From Desulfobulbaceae bacterium (GTDB lineage: Bacteria > Desulfobacterota > Desulfobulbia > Desulfobulbales > Desulfocapsaceae), in the NCBI GenBank assembly GCA_024640625.1, contig JAHEER010000030.1, positions 13,373 to 37,372 on the forward strand: a DNA stretch of 24,000 bases, in the 5' to 3' direction. Position 1 is the stretch's first letter. Each line of letters begins with the position of its first letter. This document shows, piece by piece, positions 14,802-23,259 of the stretch. Both the position numbers and the translations under genes were made by a program. Below the pieces are notes generated by a model. The model was given only the letters and a program-made list of their open reading frames with translations, ran no database searches and had not been told where the DNA came from.

Positions 14802-16506
14802 AACATTCTATATCCTCGCCATCCTGCTGATTGTCCTGCCCGCTTCGGGCTGGTGCTCCAGCCAGGGAACGGTAGCGGAGCTGCTCACCGGCTTCGAGCA
14901 GTATGCGGCCCAATCGTCGAGCCGCCTCACCCTGCTCTTCATCATCGCCGCCGCGACCCTGATCAGCGAAGATCTGGCCTGCATTGCCGCCGGGCTGCTG
15001 GCCGCCCGGGCGATCATCAGTCCGCTCGAAGCGGTGGTTGCCAGCGGGCTGGGCATCTACATCGGCGACATCCTGCTCTACTTAACCGGTTATCTGATTG
15101 GTCTCAAGGCCCTGCACCACCCGCCCCTGAAGTGGCTGGTCAGCGAACAGCGGGTCCGCCAGTGCCGGACCTTGTTTGAGAAGCGGGGGCTGGGGCTGAT
15201 CTTCATGAGCCGCTTTCTGCCCGGCACCAGGACGGCCACCTTCCTGGCTGCCGGACTGGTGCGGGTCAATATGGTCAAGCTGCTCGTCGTTTTCGGTCTG
15301 GCCGTACTGATCTGGACGCCTATCCTGGTGCTCTCCGCGGTGTTCATCGGCAAACAGGTGGTGACTTACATAGATGTCTACAGCGGCTGGGCCTTGTGGG
15401 TTTTCCTGGGGCTCATGGCCTTGATTTTCGGGATCACCAGGCTCATCGTACCGCTCTTCACCTGGCGGGGCCGAAGGCTGCTGCTGAGCCGCTGGCGCCG
15501 CCTCTCGAACTGGGAATTCTGGCCCTTTTACGTCACCAACGTGGTCACCTTTTGCTATGTCATCTACGCGGGCATAATAAAGTTTCGCAAGCCCACCCTG
15601 TTCACCGTCACCAACCCGGCCATCAGGCCGGACAGCGGTTTTATCGGGGAATCCAAGTCGGATATCCTCCAAGGGCTCGACCAGGACTATGTGGGCCGCT
15701 GGCGGCTGGTGGCCGGGGAAACCGGGCGTGAGGAAAAAATGGCGCTGCTCACCACCTTCATGGCCGAGGAACATCTCGATTTTCCGATCGTGCTCAAACC
15801 CGACGTCGGGCAGCGCGGCCAGGGCGTCAAGATCTGCGCTGATCTTGACGAGGCCCGCGCATGGCTGGAAGAAATACAGTGGGATTACCTGATGATGGAA
15901 TACCTGCCGGGCGAGGAGTTCGGGGTGTTCTACTATCGTCTCCCGGATCAGCCGCGGGGCCGTATTTTCTCCATCAACCGCAAGAAGCTCCTACAGGTCG
16001 AGGGCGATGACCACTCCACTCTGGAGGAGCTGATCCTCAAGGATGACCGGGCGCTTTGCCTGGCCCCGATGTTTTTCAAGAACCTTGAGCCCCAACTGCT
16101 GGACATCATACCAGCCGGGGAGTCCAGGCAGCTCAGCCAGGTCGGCACCCACAGCCTGGGGGCGCTGTTTCTTAACGGCGCCGATTTGATCAGCCCCGAA
16201 CTGCTCGACGGGCTCGAACCCATTATTAAAGAGTACCGGGGCTTTTATTTCGGCCGCTTCGACCTCAAGGTCCCCTCCGAAGAAGACCTCAAGGCCGGAC
16301 GCAACCTGAAGGTGATCGAACTCAACGGCCTGACTTCCGAGGCCACCCATATATACGACCCGCAGAACTCCATCTTGTACGCCTGGAAGACGCTGATCAC
16401 TCAGTGGTCGATCGCTTTTGAGATTGCTCAGGCCAACCTGAAAAAAGGCGCGCAGCCCATGGCCCTGGGTGACTTCATCCGTCACTGGCGACGGGGCGGA
16501 AATTGA
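14791..16506 (+). CDS. Fusion protein: DedA/VTT (SNARE-associated) membrane domain plus C-terminal ATP-grasp ligase domain
   Basis: N-terminal half: ...LISEDLACIAAGLLAA...GIYIGDILLYLTGYLIG...FMSRFLPGTRTATFLAAGL... (VTT/DedA motifs), then two more TM helices. C-terminal ~270 aa: ...FPIVLKPDVGQRGQGV...MMEYLPGEEFGVFYYR...VEGDDHSTLEELI...GRFDLKV...VIELNGLTSEATHIYDP (ATP-grasp pattern). There is no ATG near the 5' end. Candidate starts are GTG 14791, TTG 14785 or TTG 14728, and all overlap the NRDE gene's 3' end. Confidence 0.7.
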   Translation: MTPRTFYILAILLIVLPASGWCSSQGTVAELLTGFEQYAAQSSSRLTLLFIIAAATLISEDLACIAAGLLAARAIISPLEAVVASGLGIYIGDILLYLTGYLIGLKALHHPPLKWLVSEQRVRQCRTLFEKRGLGLIFMSRFLPGTRTATFLAAGLVRVNMVKLLVVFGLAVLIWTPILVLSAVFIGKQVVTYIDVYSGWALWVFLGLMALIFGITRLIVPLFTWRGRRLLLSRWRRLSNWEFWPFYVTNVVTFCYVIYAGIIKFRKPTLFTVTNPAIRPDSGFIGESKSDILQGLDQDYVGRWRLVAGETGREEKMALLTTFMAEEHLDFPIVLKPDVGQRGQGVKICADLDEARAWLEEIQWDYLMMEYLPGEEFGVFYYRLPDQPRGRIFSINRKKLLQVEGDDHSTLEELILKDDRALCLAPMFFKNLEPQLLDIIPAGESRQLSQVGTHSLGALFLNGADLISPELLDGLEPIIKEYRGFYFGRFDLKVPSEEDLKAGRNLKVIELNGLTSEATHIYDPQNSILYAWKTLITQWSIAFEIAQANLKKGAQPMALGDFIRHWRRGGN

Positions 16507-16514
16507 GAAATAAT

Positions 16515-16573
16515 GGGGACACAATACCCAAGGTGTCCCCAAACCCAAGGGACACCTTGGGTATTGTGTCCCC
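16515..16573. terminator. 25-bp perfect inverted repeat between convergent genes (bidirectional terminator candidate with nested palindromes)
   Basis: GGGGACACAATACCCAAGGTGTCCC (16515-16539), 9-nt loop, GGGACACCTTGGGTATTGTGTCCCC (16549-16573). Each arm is itself a hairpin (GGGACAC...GTGTCCC). T-rich sequence follows only in the minus-strand direction (ATTATTTCT). Confidence 0.65.
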
Positions 16574-16574
16574 C

Positions 16575-17837
16575 CTACTCATCTCTGACCCGGGTAAGCA
16601 ACCAGGCGCCGATTACGAACAGAAAGAGAATGGAGAGCACGCCCCACCTGGTGTCGCCGGTCATCCTGCCGACGATGCCCAGCAGCGCCGGACCGGCGAT
16701 GGCGGCGAATTTTCCCGAGACATTGTAGAAGCCGAAAAACTCGGCGCTGTTTTCGGGCGGGATCAGTTTTGAGAAATAACTCCTGCTCAGGGCCTGGATG
16801 CCGCCCATGGAGGAGGCGACCAGCAGGGCGATGGCCCAGAACAGCGTGTGTCGAACCAGGTGGCCCTCGAGAAAGGGCAGCAGAAAGGCCAGGAACGTGA
16901 TCAGGCAGTAGACGGCGATGCCGGCAAACAGCAGCGTCCTGGTCTCGAACCGGGCGGCAAGCCGCCCATAGAGCAATGTGCAGGGGAAGGCGACGATCTG
17001 GATGACCAGCAGCACGGTGATCAGCATGGTGATGCCGAAGCCCAGGTCGCGGCCGTAGGCGGTGGACATGGTAATGATGGTGCCGACCCCGTCGATGTAG
17101 AAAAAGTAGGCGGCTAGAAAGAGAAAGACGGAGCGGTGGCGCCTGATATTCTTGAAGGTCGTCCAGAGCCGCACGAAGCCGTCGGCAAAAGGGCTGGGTG
17201 ACGGCGGTACGAAGTGGTGTTGTTTTAGATTCTTAATGGCCGGCAGGGAAAGGCAGAACCACCACAGGACGACGACCACAAAGCCCATCCTGGTCCGGCC
17301 TGCAGGCAGGCCGTCGCCGAGGCCGCCGCTGACGATCAGGGCAATGACCGCCAGGAAGGGGATGATGCTGCCGATATAGCCGATGCCGAACCCCTTGGCC
17401 GAGACGCTGTCCATGCGTTCGGGGGCGGCGACGTCGACCAGGAAGGCGTCATAGAAAAGATTGGCCCCGGCCCAGCCAACCCGGGCGCCGATGAACAGCA
17501 GCAGGCAGAGCAGCCACTGACCCTCGAGGGGGATGGTCAGCGCCACGGTGAAAACCAGGCCGGTGATCAAAAAGAAGAGAAAATAGGGCTTCTTGCGGTC
17601 CTTGTAGTCGGCCATGGTACCCAGCACCGGGGCCAGCAGGGCGAGGATCAGCGAGGCGGTGGAATTGGCGAAGGCCCAGTTCGAGGTGGCCACCGCATCG
17701 GCGAGGCCGCTGGCGGCTACGTCCTTGAAATAAATGGGCATGATGGCGGTGATCATGACCAGCACGAAGGCCGAATTGGCCGCGTCGTAAAGGACCCAGC
17801 TCTTTTCTTCCCTGGACAGGGGGGCGCGCTCAGTCAT
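16575..17837 (-). CDS. MFS transporter, UMF1/Atg22-like family
   Basis: 420 aa, about 12 TM. The N-terminus EEKSWVLYDAANSAFVLVMITAIMPIYFKDV resembles the UMF1 (Atg22-like) family. Confidence 0.8.
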   Translation of the reverse strand: MTERAPLSREEKSWVLYDAANSAFVLVMITAIMPIYFKDVAASGLADAVATSNWAFANSTASLILALLAPVLGTMADYKDRKKPYFLFFLITGLVFTVALTIPLEGQWLLCLLLFIGARVGWAGANLFYDAFLVDVAAPERMDSVSAKGFGIGYIGSIIPFLAVIALIVSGGLGDGLPAGRTRMGFVVVVLWWFCLSLPAIKNLKQHHFVPPSPSPFADGFVRLWTTFKNIRRHRSVFLFLAAYFFYIDGVGTIITMSTAYGRDLGFGITMLITVLLVIQIVAFPCTLLYGRLAARFETRTLLFAGIAVYCLITFLAFLLPFLEGHLVRHTLFWAIALLVASSMGGIQALSRSYFSKLIPPENSAEFFGFYNVSGKFAAIAGPALLGIVGRMTGDTRWGVLSILFLFVIGAWLLTRVRDE

Positions 17838-18066
17838 CTCGGGAGAAAAGCTTTACCAGGACGACTGCGCAGATGAAGAAAAACAGCGCGTAAAGGGCGT
17901 AGCCCGACAGCCTGACGGCGGCGGCCGAAAAACCCAGTGACAGGGCAAAGTTGTTGACAATGTCGAAGCCGCTCCGGCCAACGATGTAGAGCAGTAAAAG
18001 AAAGCCCACGTAGAACGGGGCTTTAAGCAGCGAGACCAGCGATGAATATCGTTTTTGTGCGCTCAT
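17830..18066 (-). CDS. Hypothetical small membrane protein (78 aa, 2 TM), overlaps the MFS start by 8 nt
   Basis: Two hydrophobic helices, and the stop overlaps the MFS ATG region, which suggests translational coupling. No family recognised. Confidence 0.45.
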   Translation of the reverse strand: MSAQKRYSSLVSLLKAPFYVGFLLLLYIVGRSGFDIVNNFALSLGFSAAAVRLSGYALYALFFFICAVVLVKLFSRDD

Positions 18067-18219
18067 CTGGTAGCCATCTGGGCAGAGGTGAGGGCGAGGG
18101 CACTCCCTGAGTGGTTACTTAGCAGTTTTACCCCGATGTTTCAATTCTTGCACAAAAAAACCAGTGTGGTAAAGGCAACTATGTAACTCCGCTAATTTAC
18201 GACCCTTGAGGCGAAAACA

Positions 18220-19314
18220 ATGGGATTTGTTCCGGTTATCGGCAGATCGATAAAAAAACAGCTCGAGGAGCGCGAGGCGCAGATTCTTTCGCCATTCGCC
18301 GCCCGCAGCGCCACCTCCAAGGGGCGCCGGGTCGAGGAGCCTGAGGATATGTGCGACATCCGGCTGCCCTACCAGCGGGACCGCGACCGCATCATCCACT
18401 CCAAGACCTTTCGAAGGCTCAAGCACAAGACCCAGGTATTTTTGGCCCCGGCCGGCGATCACTACCGGACCAGGCTCACCCACGTGCTCGAGGTGTCGCA
18501 GATCGCCCGCACCATCTCGGCTGCGCTCTGCCTCAACGAACCGCTCACCGAGGCCATCGCCCTGGGTCACGACCTGGGCCACACCCCGTTCGGCCACGCC
18601 GGCGAAGCGACCCTGAACGAGCTCCACCCGAGCGGCTTCAAGCACTACCTGCACAGCCTGCGGGTCGTCGATCACCTGGAGAAGAAGGGACGCGGTCTGA
18701 ATCTGAGCTGGGAGGTCAGGAATGGCATCGCCTGCCACTCCAAGGGCCGCGACGAGATCCTGCCGAGCTCCGGCCAGGGGCTGGCCGAGACCCTGGAGGG
18801 CCAGGTGGTGCGGCTGGCCGATATCGTCGCCTATGTGAACCATGACCTGGATGATGCCATGCGCGCCGGTTTACTTGAGGATGGCGACATCCCTCACTCC
18901 ATCGTCGCGGTGGTGGGCAGCGGCCATTCCCTGCGCATCGGCAGCATGGTGCGTGACATTATCGTCGAGACCCTGACCGCCAGCGACGGCAACCTGCACA
19001 TCAGCGAGCCGATGCTGGTGGCGATCACCGAGCTGCGCAGCTTCCTCTATGACAACGTCTACCGCAACCTGCTGGTGCACCGGGAATTCGAGAAGGCACA
19101 GCGCATCATTACCGAGCTCTACGCCTATTTCCTGGAGCACGGACTGGTGAGACGGATGGGAGACGACTGGGCGATCGCCGCCGGTGACTGTGACTGGCCC
19201 GATGAAAAAAGTGGTCACCGGCGGGTCTGTGATTACATTGCCGGAATGACCGACAATTACGCCATCGGCGTCTATGAGCACCTGTTCATGCCGAGTCCCT
19301 GGAGCGTGAGGTAA
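18220..19314 (+). CDS. dgt: dGTP triphosphohydrolase-like HD-domain protein
   Basis: YQRDRDRIIHSKTFRRLKHKTQVF, HYRTRLTHVLEVSQIART and LGHDLGHTPFGHAGE are the HD motif and dGTPase-family signatures. The 242-aa antisense ORF was rejected. Confidence 0.9.
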   Translation: MGFVPVIGRSIKKQLEEREAQILSPFAARSATSKGRRVEEPEDMCDIRLPYQRDRDRIIHSKTFRRLKHKTQVFLAPAGDHYRTRLTHVLEVSQIARTISAALCLNEPLTEAIALGHDLGHTPFGHAGEATLNELHPSGFKHYLHSLRVVDHLEKKGRGLNLSWEVRNGIACHSKGRDEILPSSGQGLAETLEGQVVRLADIVAYVNHDLDDAMRAGLLEDGDIPHSIVAVVGSGHSLRIGSMVRDIIVETLTASDGNLHISEPMLVAITELRSFLYDNVYRNLLVHREFEKAQRIITELYAYFLEHGLVRRMGDDWAIAAGDCDWPDEKSGHRRVCDYIAGMTDNYAIGVYEHLFMPSPWSVR

Positions 19315-19455
19315 GGGGGAGGGCGAACCAGGCCCAGGCGGCCGATAAAAACGGTTGCTTTTCACCGGGGCGACAGGTAATTTGCCCTTTCGCCCGCGGC
19401 CCAGGGCAGCAACAAACCCAAATAAAGCACACAACAATAACTATATAGCAAGCCA

Positions 19456-22122
19456 ATGAGCGACCATAAAGAACTGAGCAAGAGCTACGACTTCAGCGAC
19501 GTCGAGGAGAAGTGGCTGCAAACCTGGGAGGAGCAGCACTGTTTCGAAGCCGAGATGCGCGACGGCACGCCTTCGTTTTCCATCGTCATCCCGCCGCCCA
19601 ACGTCACCGGCGTGCTGCATGTAGGTCATGCGCTGAACAACACCCTGCAGGACATCCTGACCCGCTATCACCGCATGTGCGGCGCCAACACCCTGTGGCT
19701 GCCCGGCACCGACCATGCCGGCATTGCCACCCAGAACGTGGTTGAGCGCCAGCTCTCCGAGGAGGGCATGAGTCGCCACGACCTGGGCCGGGAGAAATTC
19801 GTCGAACGGGTCTGGGAGTGGCGCACCGACAAGGGCGGCACCATCATCAACCAGCTCAAGAAACTGGGGTGCTCGTGCGACTGGAGCCGGGAGCGGTTCA
19901 CCATGGACGAGGGGCTCTCCAGGGCAGTTCGCGAAGTCTTCGTGCGGCTCTACAAGGAAGGGTTGATCTACAAGGGCGACTACATCGTCAACTGGTGTCC
20001 GCGCTGCCTCACCGCCCTGGCCGACGACGAGGTGGATCACGAGGAAACGAGGGGCAAGCTCTATCACCTGCGCTACCCTTTCGCCGACGGCTCGGGGCAT
20101 GTGGTGGTGGCCACCACCCGTCCGGAGACCATGCTGGGCGACACCGGCGTGGCCGTGCATCCCGACGACGAGCGCTACGCCCACCTGAAAGGGGTGGGCA
20201 TCGATCTGCCGCTCACCGGCAGGACCATCCCGGTGGTCTTCGACCCCCATGTACAAAAGGATTTCGGTACCGGCGCCCTGAAGGTGACCCCGTCGCACGA
20301 CCGGGACGACTACGAAATCGGCCGGCGCCACAACCTCGAGCTGTGCAAGGTCATGGACGATCATGGGGTGATGAACGAGAAGGCCGGCATTTACCAGGGG
20401 CTCGATCGATACGAATGCCGCACAAAGATAGTCGAAGACCTCGACGCCCAGGGTTTTCTCGAGAGGATCGAGGACTACGACCATGCCCTGGGCCAATGCT
20501 ATCGCTGCAGGACGGTGGTTGAGCCGACCACCTCGCTGCAGTGGTTCGTCAAGGTCAAGCCGCTGGCCGACGCCTCGGTAGAGGCGGTGCGCAGCGAGCG
20601 CATCAAGATCTACCCCAAGACATGGTACAACACCTTCTACAGCTGGATGGACAATATCCGCGACTGGTGCATCTCGCGGCAGATCTGGTGGGGCCACCGA
20701 ATCCCGGCCTGGACCTGCATCACCTGCGGTGAGCTCATCGTCGAGAACACCGACCCCGAATTCTGTCCGGCCTGCACCTCTACCGAGCTGGTCCAGGAGA
20801 CCGACGTGCTCGACACCTGGTTCTCCTCGGCCCTGTGGCCCTTTTCGACCATGGGCTGGCCCGAGAACACCAAAGAGCTGCAAACCTTCTACCCGACCTC
20901 GATCCTGGTCACCAGCTTCGACATCCTCTTTTTCTGGGTGGCCCGCATGATGATGATGGGCATCCACTTCATGGACGAGGTGCCCTTTCACGACGTCTAC
21001 CTGCACGCCCTGGTGCGCGATAAGCACGGCAAGAAAATGTCCAAGTCGACCGGCAACGTCATCGACCCGCTCGAGGTCATGGGCAGCTACGGCACCGACG
21101 CGGTGCGCTTCACCCTCACCGCCTTTGCCGCCCAGGGCAGGGAAATAAAGCTCGACGAGGACCGTATCGAGGGCTACCGCTTCTTCATCAACAAGATCTG
21201 GAACGCGGCCCGCTTCGCCCTGATGCACCTGGGCGACTGCGGCGACGAGGTAAGAAAGGCGGTGGACAAGCCGGCGGAGTTGCCGCTGGTCCACCAGTGG
21301 ATCCTGAGCCGCACGGCAAAAACCGTCGACGAGGTGCGCACCGGGCTGGACGAGTATCACTTCAATGTGGTCGCCTCGGCCAACTACCAGTTCATCTGGC
21401 ACGAGTTCTGCGACTGGTACCTGGAGTGGATCAAGGCCGATCTCTACAGCGACGACGAAACGGTCAAGGAGCAGGCCCGGGGCGTGCTGCTGGTGGTCCT
21501 GGAAACGATACTGAAGCTCATTCACCCGGTGATCCCCTTCGTCACCGAGGAGATCTGGAGCGTGCTGCCCGGCGAGCGCCGTGTGCTGATGCGCGAGCCC
21601 TATCCGGAACGGCAGGAAGAGTGGCTTGATGACACCGCCGAACAGCAGATGGAGCTACTCATGGGCGTCATCACCGGCATCAGAAACATCAGGGCCGAGG
21701 CCGATGTCCATCCATCGCACAAGATCGACGCTTACCTGGCCAATGTCGACGGGGACACCGCCGCTCTCATCGGCTCGTTCTCGCCGGCGATCAGCGACTT
21801 GACCAGGCTCAACGGCCTGACCATCACCGACAGCAGCGACACGCCGGACGACGCGGCCACCTATATCTTCAACGATATCGAGATTTTCGTGCCTCTCAAG
21901 GGGCTGGTCGACGTGGACAGCGAACTTGCCAAGCTGGGCAAAGACCGGTCCAAGGTCGAGGCCAGCCTCAAGCAGGTAGACACCAAGCTTGGCAACGATA
22001 AATTCCTGGCCAACGCCCCCGAAGCGGTGGTCGCCAAGGAAAAGGGCAAGAAGGAAGAGCTCGAGGCGCGGCTCACCCGGATCGAGGAAGCGGAGCAGCG
22101 CCTGCACAAGATCCGCGCCTGA
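19456..22122 (+). CDS. valS: Valine--tRNA ligase
   Basis: 888 aa. HIGH-type motif PPPNVTGVLHVGHALN, KMSKS motif, and a C-terminal coiled-coil (...ELAKLGKDRSKVEASLKQVDTKLGNDKFLANAPEAVV...), all typical of ValRS. Confidence 0.95.
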   Translation: MSDHKELSKSYDFSDVEEKWLQTWEEQHCFEAEMRDGTPSFSIVIPPPNVTGVLHVGHALNNTLQDILTRYHRMCGANTLWLPGTDHAGIATQNVVERQLSEEGMSRHDLGREKFVERVWEWRTDKGGTIINQLKKLGCSCDWSRERFTMDEGLSRAVREVFVRLYKEGLIYKGDYIVNWCPRCLTALADDEVDHEETRGKLYHLRYPFADGSGHVVVATTRPETMLGDTGVAVHPDDERYAHLKGVGIDLPLTGRTIPVVFDPHVQKDFGTGALKVTPSHDRDDYEIGRRHNLELCKVMDDHGVMNEKAGIYQGLDRYECRTKIVEDLDAQGFLERIEDYDHALGQCYRCRTVVEPTTSLQWFVKVKPLADASVEAVRSERIKIYPKTWYNTFYSWMDNIRDWCISRQIWWGHRIPAWTCITCGELIVENTDPEFCPACTSTELVQETDVLDTWFSSALWPFSTMGWPENTKELQTFYPTSILVTSFDILFFWVARMMMMGIHFMDEVPFHDVYLHALVRDKHGKKMSKSTGNVIDPLEVMGSYGTDAVRFTLTAFAAQGREIKLDEDRIEGYRFFINKIWNAARFALMHLGDCGDEVRKAVDKPAELPLVHQWILSRTAKTVDEVRTGLDEYHFNVVASANYQFIWHEFCDWYLEWIKADLYSDDETVKEQARGVLLVVLETILKLIHPVIPFVTEEIWSVLPGERRVLMREPYPERQEEWLDDTAEQQMELLMGVITGIRNIRAEADVHPSHKIDAYLANVDGDTAALIGSFSPAISDLTRLNGLTITDSSDTPDDAATYIFNDIEIFVPLKGLVDVDSELAKLGKDRSKVEASLKQVDTKLGNDKFLANAPEAVVAKEKGKKEELEARLTRIEEAEQRLHKIRA

Positions 22123-22148
22123 GAACACGACATCGGGAGATGGCCGCC

Positions 22149-22982
22149 ATGGACAAGAACCTGCTCGACAAGCTCTACCGCTCCTTTCTCAGGGAAGATA
22201 TCGGCCGGGGCGACCTGACCAGCGAGGCTATCTTCCCCGCGGCGCAAACGGGCCGGGCCGATATCGTCGCCCGGGAGCCCCTTATCGTGGCCGGTGCCAG
22301 AATCATCGGCGGCCGGGTTTTTCGGGTGCAGAATCCTGCTATCGAGATTATCGATCCGCTGGAAGACGGCACTGCCGTCACAGCGGGCGACGTGCTCTTC
22401 TCGGTGCAGGGGCCGGTGGTCGATCTGCTCAAAGCGGAACGCACCGCGCTGAACCTGCTGCAGCGCATCTCGGGCATCGCCACCTTCACCGCCCGCTTCG
22501 TTGCCAGGGTCAAGGACTACCCGGTGCGCATCTGTGATACCCGCAAGACCACGCCAGGGCTGAGAGTGCTGGAAAAATACGGGGTCGTGGTCGGCGGCGG
22601 GGCCAATCACCGTTTCAACCTCACCGACGGCATCCTGATCAAGGACAACCATATCGCCGCCTGCGGTTCGATCACGGCGGCGGTAGAGCGGGTTCGTGAC
22701 CGGGTGCCGCACACCATCCGCATCGAAGTCGAAACCGACACACTGGAACAGGTGCGCGAGTGTCTGGCCTGCAGGGTCGACATCATCATGCTCGACAATA
22801 TGGACCCGGCCATGCTGCGCGAGGCGGTGCGGGTCATCGACGGCAAGGCCCTGGTCGAGGCCTCGGGTGGCATCGTGCTGGACGACCTTGAGGCCGTTGC
22901 CCAAACCGGGGTGGACATCATTTCCATCGGCGCCCTGACACATTCAGCCCCTGCCTGCGATATCGGCATGGACTGGGCCTGA
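22149..22982 (+). CDS. nadC: Nicotinate-nucleotide diphosphorylase (quinolinate phosphoribosyltransferase)
   Basis: EDIGRGDLTSE, AERTALNLLQRISGIAT and DTRKTTPGLRVLEKYGVVVGGGANHRFNLTDGILIKDNHI. The ATG at 22149 sits 9 nt after GGGAG. The track start at 22140 abuts the Shine-Dalgarno, so 22149 is preferred, though either is possible. Confidence 0.9.
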   Translation: MDKNLLDKLYRSFLREDIGRGDLTSEAIFPAAQTGRADIVAREPLIVAGARIIGGRVFRVQNPAIEIIDPLEDGTAVTAGDVLFSVQGPVVDLLKAERTALNLLQRISGIATFTARFVARVKDYPVRICDTRKTTPGLRVLEKYGVVVGGGANHRFNLTDGILIKDNHIAACGSITAAVERVRDRVPHTIRIEVETDTLEQVRECLACRVDIIMLDNMDPAMLREAVRVIDGKALVEASGGIVLDDLEAVAQTGVDIISIGALTHSAPACDIGMDWA

Positions 22983-23153
22983 TTGCATGGAAAAACCGTG
23001 AAAACAAGTTGTTCCACCCTCCGGGCAAGTCGAGCCGGACCTTTATCCAGACTCGCTTTTGCGGGGGACACATTATACCCAACGTCTGCCGTCTCGTCGG
23101 CCGTCTCGACGTGTGAATAATCATGTTTTAACCCGCGAAATGTTGATTATTGC

Positions 23154-23183
23154 TTGATTTTTTGTAAAAAAATGTGGGATACT
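23154..23183 (+). promoter_or_regulatory. Candidate promoter for the zinc-ribbon acidic protein gene
   Basis: TTGATT (23154-23159), 18-nt A/T-rich spacer, GATACT (23178-23183). Pattern match only. Confidence 0.3.
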
Positions 23184-23259
23184 GGGCACAACAACGGTTG
23201 GGGGGTATGTCCGTTCGCGACCATATCCGATCTTTATCATCAGAGCAGAGGGTTAATCG

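Noticed and set aside
18115-18843. 242-aa minus-strand ORF
   Set aside because: Antisense to the dGTPase-like gene, whose HD motifs are clear. It is also Ala/Gly/Leu-rich and has no start-site signals.
19441-21525. 694-aa ORF on the minus strand, the second-longest in the track
   Set aside because: It is entirely antisense to valS, which has unambiguous HIGH/KMSKS motifs. The product is a low-complexity G/A/V/H/D/L-rich string with no motifs, the expected antisense open frame of a GC-rich gene.
21861-22943. 360-aa minus-strand ORF spanning the valS-nadC junction
   Set aside because: It overlaps two well-supported plus-strand genes and the spacer between them, and no motifs are recognisable. 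Shadow ORF.
23089-23108. Direct repeat CCGTCTCG tcgg CCGTCTCG in the nadC downstream spacer
   Set aside because: There are only two 8-nt copies and no further periodicity or flanking structure, which is consistent with chance or a weak hairpin (CGTCG...CGACG).
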